Part shown: piece by piece, positions 59,013 to 64,000 of the stretch
Position numbering within the stretch: position 1 is the first letter of the stretch
Layout: the number at the start of each line of letters is the position of its first letter
NCBI GenBank assembly: GCA_963695555.1
Contig: CAVOGR010000007.1
Span: 320,001 to 384,000, forward strand
Source of the DNA: an uncultured Gemmatimonadales bacterium
Lineage (GTDB): Bacteria > Gemmatimonadota > Gemmatimonadetes > Gemmatimonadales > GWC2-71-9
DNA: 64,000 nucleotides
Reading direction: 5' to 3'
Notes under the pieces: model-generated
Databases searched by the model: none
What the model saw: the letters and a program-made list of their open reading frames with translations, nothing else
Told to the model about the DNA's origin: nothing
Translations under genes and position numbers: made by a program

Positions 59013-59166
59013 GTCGCATTCCTCGGTGTTGGGTTCTGCGGTGAGCCGTGCCGTCCAACCGGCGCTTCTTCAATTGAAAGGTAAACATTAGTGGAGTCCC
59101 TGAGCCACCTGATTGGCCCGCGCCAGTTCTCTGGGTTATCCTCCAGGCCTCCCGAACCACGCTCAT

Positions 59167-60777
59167 ATGCAATTCGGCCCACTTCCGCTCGACCAGGCAC
59201 TCGACTCCATCATGGCGCACACTGTGCGCCTGCCCGGTCGTGGGGCGATCAAGAAGGGCCACGTGCTGACAGCCACCGATCTCGCGGCACTGCGCTCGGC
59301 CGGCGTGGCCGAGGTGGTGGTGGCACGGCTCGAAACCGGAGACGTCGGGGAAGACGACGCCGCGGCCCTCACGGCCCGAGCCCTGGCCGGCAGCCAGATC
59401 GAGGTCGGTGATGCCTCCACAGGCCGCGCGAACCTACGATCCGCCACGCACGGATTGATGGTGGTCGATGCGGCGAGAGTCGAGCGGCTCAATCGTATCG
59501 ATGAGTCGCTGACCGTGGCGACGCAGACTCCCAACACCGCCGTCCTTGCCGGGGACCTGGTTGCCACGGTCAAGGTCATACCCTTCGGAGCCCCCGCCTG
59601 GGCCGTCGAGCAATGGGTCGCGCTCTGCCGGGAGGGCGAGGCGGTGCTCGAGGTCGCGCCGTTCGTGACGCATCGCGTGGGACTGATCGCAACCAGCCTG
59701 AGTGATACTTCGAAGTCGGCGCTCGACCGCGCCATCGAGGCGGTCAGCGCCCGCATCGCGCGGCTCGGGAGCCATGTGGACCGAGTGTCCCGGTGCGATC
59801 ACGATCCGGCCCCGGTGGCTGAGGCGATTCTCGATCTGGTTGCCGAGCATGTCGATCTCATCCTCGTGATCGGCGCGTCGGCCACGGTGGACCGGCGCGA
59901 CGTGGTACCGGCCGCAATCGAACGGGCCGGTGGCCGGGTCGATCACTTCGGCATCCCGGTCGATCCCGGCAACCTGCTCCTGCTCGGCCAATGTCGGGAA
60001 ACCAGCGTGATCGGTGTGCCTGGCTGCGCCCGCTCGCTCAAGCCGAGTGGATTCGACCGGATACTGGAGCGACAGCTGGCGAACCTGCCGGTGACCGCGG
60101 AGTCCCTGGCCGGAATGGGGGTAGGGGGACTCATGAAAGAGATTCCGTCGCGTCCCCTGCCCCGTGCCGGCCAACGAAAAGAGCCGGCGCACATGCCAGG
60201 TCCGCGCATTGCCGCAGTGCTCCTTGCCGCAGGCATGTCGCGACGCATGGGCGCCCGCAACAAACTCCTGGCCGAAGTTCGAGGCGTGCCAATGATTGCG
60301 CGCGTTGTGGAGACATTGCGTCGCTCTCGCGTGCAGCCGATCGTGGTCGTGACCGGTCATGACGCTGCGGCGGTAGAGGCTGCCCTGGCCGGATTGCCGG
60401 TCCGGGTCGTTTGCAACCCCGACTATGCCCGAGGGCTGAGCGCTTCGCTTCGCGTGGGGCTCCAGGCACTCGAGCCGGATCGTGACGGCGTGCTCGTCAT
60501 GCTTGGCGATATGCCCTGGGTCGCGAGCGCAACTATCGAAGCGCTGCTCGATGCATTCGAGGCTAACGGCGTGGGGTCGATCTGCGTTCCGACCTACGAT
60601 CGCAAGCGGGGGAATCCAGTCCTCTGGCCCGCGCGCTACGTCGACGAAATGAAAGCACTCACCGGGGACGTGGGTGCGCGGCACCTCCTGGCACAACACG
60701 ATGACGAGGTGTGTGAAGTCGAGGTGGACGATGCCGGGGTGCTGCGCGATGTGGATGTTAGCGACGACCTGCCATAG
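59167..60777 (+). CDS. Molybdopterin-binding / MocA-like nucleotidyltransferase fusion
   Basis: N-terminal TGRANL, VATVKVIP, PVDPGNLL, PGCARS. C-terminal LAAGMSRRMG.NKLL, LGDMP, GNPV, GDVGAR, DVD. Confidence 0.87.
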   Translation: MQFGPLPLDQALDSIMAHTVRLPGRGAIKKGHVLTATDLAALRSAGVAEVVVARLETGDVGEDDAAALTARALAGSQIEVGDASTGRANLRSATHGLMVVDAARVERLNRIDESLTVATQTPNTAVLAGDLVATVKVIPFGAPAWAVEQWVALCREGEAVLEVAPFVTHRVGLIATSLSDTSKSALDRAIEAVSARIARLGSHVDRVSRCDHDPAPVAEAILDLVAEHVDLILVIGASATVDRRDVVPAAIERAGGRVDHFGIPVDPGNLLLLGQCRETSVIGVPGCARSLKPSGFDRILERQLANLPVTAESLAGMGVGGLMKEIPSRPLPRAGQRKEPAHMPGPRIAAVLLAAGMSRRMGARNKLLAEVRGVPMIARVVETLRRSRVQPIVVVTGHDAAAVEAALAGLPVRVVCNPDYARGLSASLRVGLQALEPDRDGVLVMLGDMPWVASATIEALLDAFEANGVGSICVPTYDRKRGNPVLWPARYVDEMKALTGDVGARHLLAQHDDEVCEVEVDDAGVLRDVDVSDDLP

Positions 60778-60804
60778 CGCCCAAGAACACGCGGCCGCGC
60801 TGCC

Positions 60805-61164
60805 CTAGATCCAATCCAACTGCTCGACGGTACGCTCGTTTCTAAGCGTGCCCGTATTGAGCGTCGATGCCGGCTCGAACAGGAGCACGTGCACTTCCTC
60901 ATCCGCCACCGGCTTGTGCTCGATGCCTCGCGGTATGATGACGAATTCGCCAGGGTCGAGCACGATGTCTCGATCCCGGAGCTGGATGACCAGGCGTCCC
61001 TCGATCACCAGGAACAACTCGTCCTCGTTCTCGTGGGCATGCCACACGAACTCCCCCTGGAGCTTCGCCAGCTTGACCTGTTGGCCGTTCAGTTGGCCCA
61101 CGATCCTGGGTCGCCAGTGGTCGGTGAAGCGCGAGAGCTTATCCGACAGATTGATCTTTTCCAT
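60805..61164 (-). CDS. Cupin domain protein
   Basis: GEFVWHAHENEDELFLV, PRGIEHKP, TLNTG. Confidence 0.9.
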   Translation of the reverse strand: MEKINLSDKLSRFTDHWRPRIVGQLNGQQVKLAKLQGEFVWHAHENEDELFLVIEGRLVIQLRDRDIVLDPGEFVIIPRGIEHKPVADEEVHVLLFEPASTLNTGTLRNERTVEQLDWI

Positions 61165-61393
61165 CGCGGAGTTTCCCCCTGCAGGACGTGGGAGGCTACT
61201 GCGGAACGATGGCGGTGGGCCGCGGAAAACGCCAGACGATCATCATGCCCGCCCGCGCCCTGCGACGCGCGCCGTCAGGCTATCGACCCCGGGACGATAT
61301 CCGTATACTATTCCGCCGGCCGTCGTCTTGGCGGCCACACACCACCACCCACTCGCGCGAGCTGCATTCCGCGCACTCAGGGAGACACATCTC

Positions 61394-61822
61394 ATGGATC
61401 GTAAGGCGGAAGCCCGCTGGAGCGGTGATCTGAAGAGTGGCACAGGCACAGTGCACCTCGGGAGCCGTGCGTTCGAGGGCCCCTATTCCTTCATGAGCCG
61501 GTTCGAGAGCGGTTCCGGCACCAACCCCGAGGAGTTGCTCGGCGCGGCCCATGCCGGGTGCTATTCCATGGCGCTGGCGCACGCCCTGGCGATGGGCGGC
61601 CACCCGGCTACCAGCGTCAAGACAACGGCCACCGTACACCTCACCAAGGAGGGGGCCGGCTTTGCCATCACGGGCATCGACCTGGTCACCCACGGCGTTG
61701 TCCCGGGCGTGTCGGCCAAGGACTTCCAGCGGCTCGCGGAGGAGACCAAGACCAACTGCATCGTCTCGAAGGCGCTCTCCGCAGTCCCGATGACACTCAA
61801 GGCCACGTTGGCCACGGCGTAG
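61394..61822 (+). CDS. osmC: OsmC family peroxiredoxin
   Basis: RFE..GTNPEELLGAAHAGCYSMAL, NCIVSKAL. SD GGAG. Confidence 0.92.
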   Translation: MDRKAEARWSGDLKSGTGTVHLGSRAFEGPYSFMSRFESGSGTNPEELLGAAHAGCYSMALAHALAMGGHPATSVKTTATVHLTKEGAGFAITGIDLVTHGVVPGVSAKDFQRLAEETKTNCIVSKALSAVPMTLKATLATA

Positions 61823-61883
61823 CCGCGGCGGCACGCGGCAAGTCGAAGACTTCGGGGTTTGGGCGCGCGTACGCCGTCTAGCA

Positions 61884-63404
61884 ATGAGGCTCGATTCCAT
61901 TCGCATGAGTAGCCGTGGTCTGCGCTTGTGCCTGATCGCCGTGGCAGGCGCCGCCGCCCTGTCCGGGTGCGGCGAGAACCCGCTCGATGTGGGCGAAGTG
62001 CGGGACCTCGTGGTGGCGGAACACCGCTGGGCCGAGCGCGGGTTCGGCGACTACGCCTTCATCACCCGCCAGTCGTGCTTCTGCTCGCCGGAGATGCTGC
62101 TGCGAGTCGAGGTCGAGGTGCGTAGTGGGCAGATCGCGAGCATCAAGGACGTTGCTGCCGACACGCTGCTCGCCGCCAACTTGCATTCAGCGTGGTACAC
62201 GATCGAGGACCTCTTTCAGATCATCCGGCAGGCAGCCGGCAACGATCTCGTCACCGATGTGGCCGTTACCTTCGATCCCACGCTAGGCTATCCGGTCTCC
62301 GCCGCCGTCAGCTACGATCCGAACATCCAGGATGCCGGCAGCACGTATGAGGTAACCGCCGTCAGGCCGCTCGGGGCCGCGCCGACGGGCCTCCAGGAGC
62401 TGATGACAGGATTCTCCTTTCCGGCCTGGCATGCCCAGCAGACGGGCTTCACGCCGGACTCCACCTACTTCGGCGCGTACAGCATGGAAGCCATCGGAGG
62501 GACGCTCTATCTTGGCTTCGGTACCAACCGCCCAACGGCAGTGGACGGAGCGCTCCTCGCAGCGGTTGACCACGCTGGCCTTCGCGTCATCGCGTCGTTG
62601 CCGGAACAAGGCTTCTTAGACATGGCCGCCGCAGGTGAGACGCTGCTGATCCCAGGGGTCGACCCGTGCTGCCCCGACGGCTGGGAGGCGGGGAATTTCT
62701 ATACCTACACGACGCACGCCGGGCTGATCAAGCACCGTACGCTACCCAACGTGATCCACAGTTGGCGGTTGTGGTACGACGTGCCGGAAGATGCCACATA
62801 TGTGACCACCGGCTCCCATCGCGGCGATTTCGCGACCTGGACCGGCGAGATCTGGCGCAGCGCCGATTTTGGCGCGAGCTGGTCCAAGATCGCCGACTCG
62901 GACGACGGCGTCGGCGACTACCGCACCGCCGATGTCGTTCGGTACCAAGGGCGACTCCACGCCGTCAGCGAGGCGTTGGGCCGCATCTGCGAGCTGGTCG
63001 TTCAAGAGAGTGGCGGGGCCCCGTGGTCTTTGGTTCTCCCTGGTGGCCGTCTGGCGTGCCGCCATGAGCTGGTGCTGTTTGGCAACGATCTCCTGGCGCT
63101 GGATGCGTCGCGGAGCCGGCTTCACGCCCTATCTGCACAGGCTACTCGTGAGGTCGACCTGCCGTTCACCGTCGCGGCCGAGGCGTATAACTGGGCCACC
63201 GTGGTGGACGACCACATCTTCGCGATCGCCGACGGTCGGGTGCTTCGGAGTCGGGATGCCATCACGTGGGACACGGTGGCCGAATCGAACCTCGCGTTGA
63301 TCGTGATCCGGCACTGGCCCGACCGCGGCTGGCTGGTGCTCGCGAGCCGCGGTGCCGCCGGATCGGTGTGGCGGCTCCGGCTCTGCGGCACTGACCCGTG
63401 CTGA
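61884..63404 (+). CDS. Lipoprotein with a DUF6174-like N-terminal domain and putative beta-propeller C-terminus; start may be 61905
   Basis: Lipobox LSGC, CFC, TIEDLF, FDPTLGYP (DUF6174-like), BNR-like WRSADFGASW and RSRDAITW. Confidence 0.68.
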   Translation: MRLDSIRMSSRGLRLCLIAVAGAAALSGCGENPLDVGEVRDLVVAEHRWAERGFGDYAFITRQSCFCSPEMLLRVEVEVRSGQIASIKDVAADTLLAANLHSAWYTIEDLFQIIRQAAGNDLVTDVAVTFDPTLGYPVSAAVSYDPNIQDAGSTYEVTAVRPLGAAPTGLQELMTGFSFPAWHAQQTGFTPDSTYFGAYSMEAIGGTLYLGFGTNRPTAVDGALLAAVDHAGLRVIASLPEQGFLDMAAAGETLLIPGVDPCCPDGWEAGNFYTYTTHAGLIKHRTLPNVIHSWRLWYDVPEDATYVTTGSHRGDFATWTGEIWRSADFGASWSKIADSDDGVGDYRTADVVRYQGRLHAVSEALGRICELVVQESGGAPWSLVLPGGRLACRHELVLFGNDLLALDASRSRLHALSAQATREVDLPFTVAAEAYNWATVVDDHIFAIADGRVLRSRDAITWDTVAESNLALIVIRHWPDRGWLVLASRGAAGSVWRLRLCGTDPC

Positions 63405-63463
63405 ATTGGAGACAGCCGGTCCGAATCGCACGCAGAGAAGGGTTGTGCCCGGAGGAGCCTCCC

Positions 63464-63724
63464 ATGAAACAGCCCAAGCGGTCGCGTCCTTCCAGGCCTC
63501 GTCATCCAATGCCTGCCGCTGTGCGCCAGGCCCTGACCCAGTCCGGCCTGATGACCGCGTACCGCGCCCGTCCACCGTATCAGCAAAATGACTATATCGG
63601 GTGGATCGCACGCGCCAAGAAGCCGGAGACGCGCGCGAGGCGCGTGAGCCAGATGCTCGACGAGCTGGCCCAGGGTGACCGGTACATGAAGATGCCCTAC
63701 CGGAGCAACAGGCAGAAACCCTGA
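63464..63724 (+). CDS. YdeI/OmpD-associated family small protein
   Basis: YRARPPYQQNDYIGWIARAKKPETR..QMLDEL..YMKM. SD GGAGGAG. Confidence 0.85.
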   Translation: MKQPKRSRPSRPRHPMPAAVRQALTQSGLMTAYRARPPYQQNDYIGWIARAKKPETRARRVSQMLDELAQGDRYMKMPYRSNRQKP

Positions 63725-63736
63725 GTTGTCGAGGCG

Positions 63737-63763
63737 AGTCGGGAAGTTGGAAAGTCGGGAAGT
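63737..63763. repeat. Degenerate octamer tandem repeat AGT(C/T)GG(G/A)A x3
   Basis: AGTCGGGA-AGTTGGAA-AGTCGGGA-AGT. Confidence 0.65.
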
Positions 63764-63919
63764 GAGTGGGGACGTCGGATGGAGGACGCCGGGGAGCATA
63801 TACTTGCGCATTTCCCGGGCTGGTTGAATAGTGGCCGTGCAGGCTGCGTGGCCGGCAGTGCTGCCAATGTACTTTCCGCGTGTGACTCCCTCATCCTCAC
63901 CACTCAGGAGAGACCCGTC

Positions 63920-64000
63920 ATGGGGAACCTGTTACCGTTGATCATTCAGCTCGTGAGCGGTGCCGTCGGTGGCAACGTCGCGGGTTCGTTGATGAAAAGC
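63920..64000 (+). CDS. Small Gly-rich membrane protein, 5' part only
   Basis: SD AGGAG, MGNLLPLIIQLVSGAVGGNVAGSLMKS, open to the window end. Confidence 0.7.
   Translation, partial: MGNLLPLIIQLVSGAVGGNVAGSLMKS

Noticed and set aside
63830..63865. Two TGGC..TGC motifs as sigma54 promoters
   Set aside because: GG-to-GC spacing is 11 nt rather than the required 10.

Overview
High-GC bacterial chromosomal window. Gene order and content suggest Gemmatimonadota (inference). Most of it is housekeeping backbone: typA, pdxA-surA-PPIase-mfd-BatA-DUF58, lepA, ftsEX-envC, pckA, uvrA and lhr. The left end has a stand-alone tRNA-Ile(GAT) with a tyrosine-integrase remnant, probably the edge of a decayed island. 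The best candidate for an undescribed system is a three-gene minus-strand operon at 43157-48582, behind an AT-rich promoter with a palindromic operator. It encodes an alginate-export-family outer-membrane channel, a heme-receptor-like TonB-dependent transporter, and a lipoprotein cytochrome cd1 nitrite reductase (NirS) with an extra fused cytochrome c. No heme d1 biosynthesis gene is recognisable in the window, so the operon may import heme d1 instead of making it (hypothesis). Other leads: a STAS/HATPase plus STAS-wHTH module inside a sugar-kinase operon, a sigma54-type promoter ahead of a CxxCH-containing DUF4384 protein, a tiny hyper-acidic protein, a triple-FHA membrane protein with a PP2C phosphatase, and apparent leaderless housekeeping genes. 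All family assignments come from reading motifs by eye, not from database searches. Many start codons were re-chosen from the ORF track.
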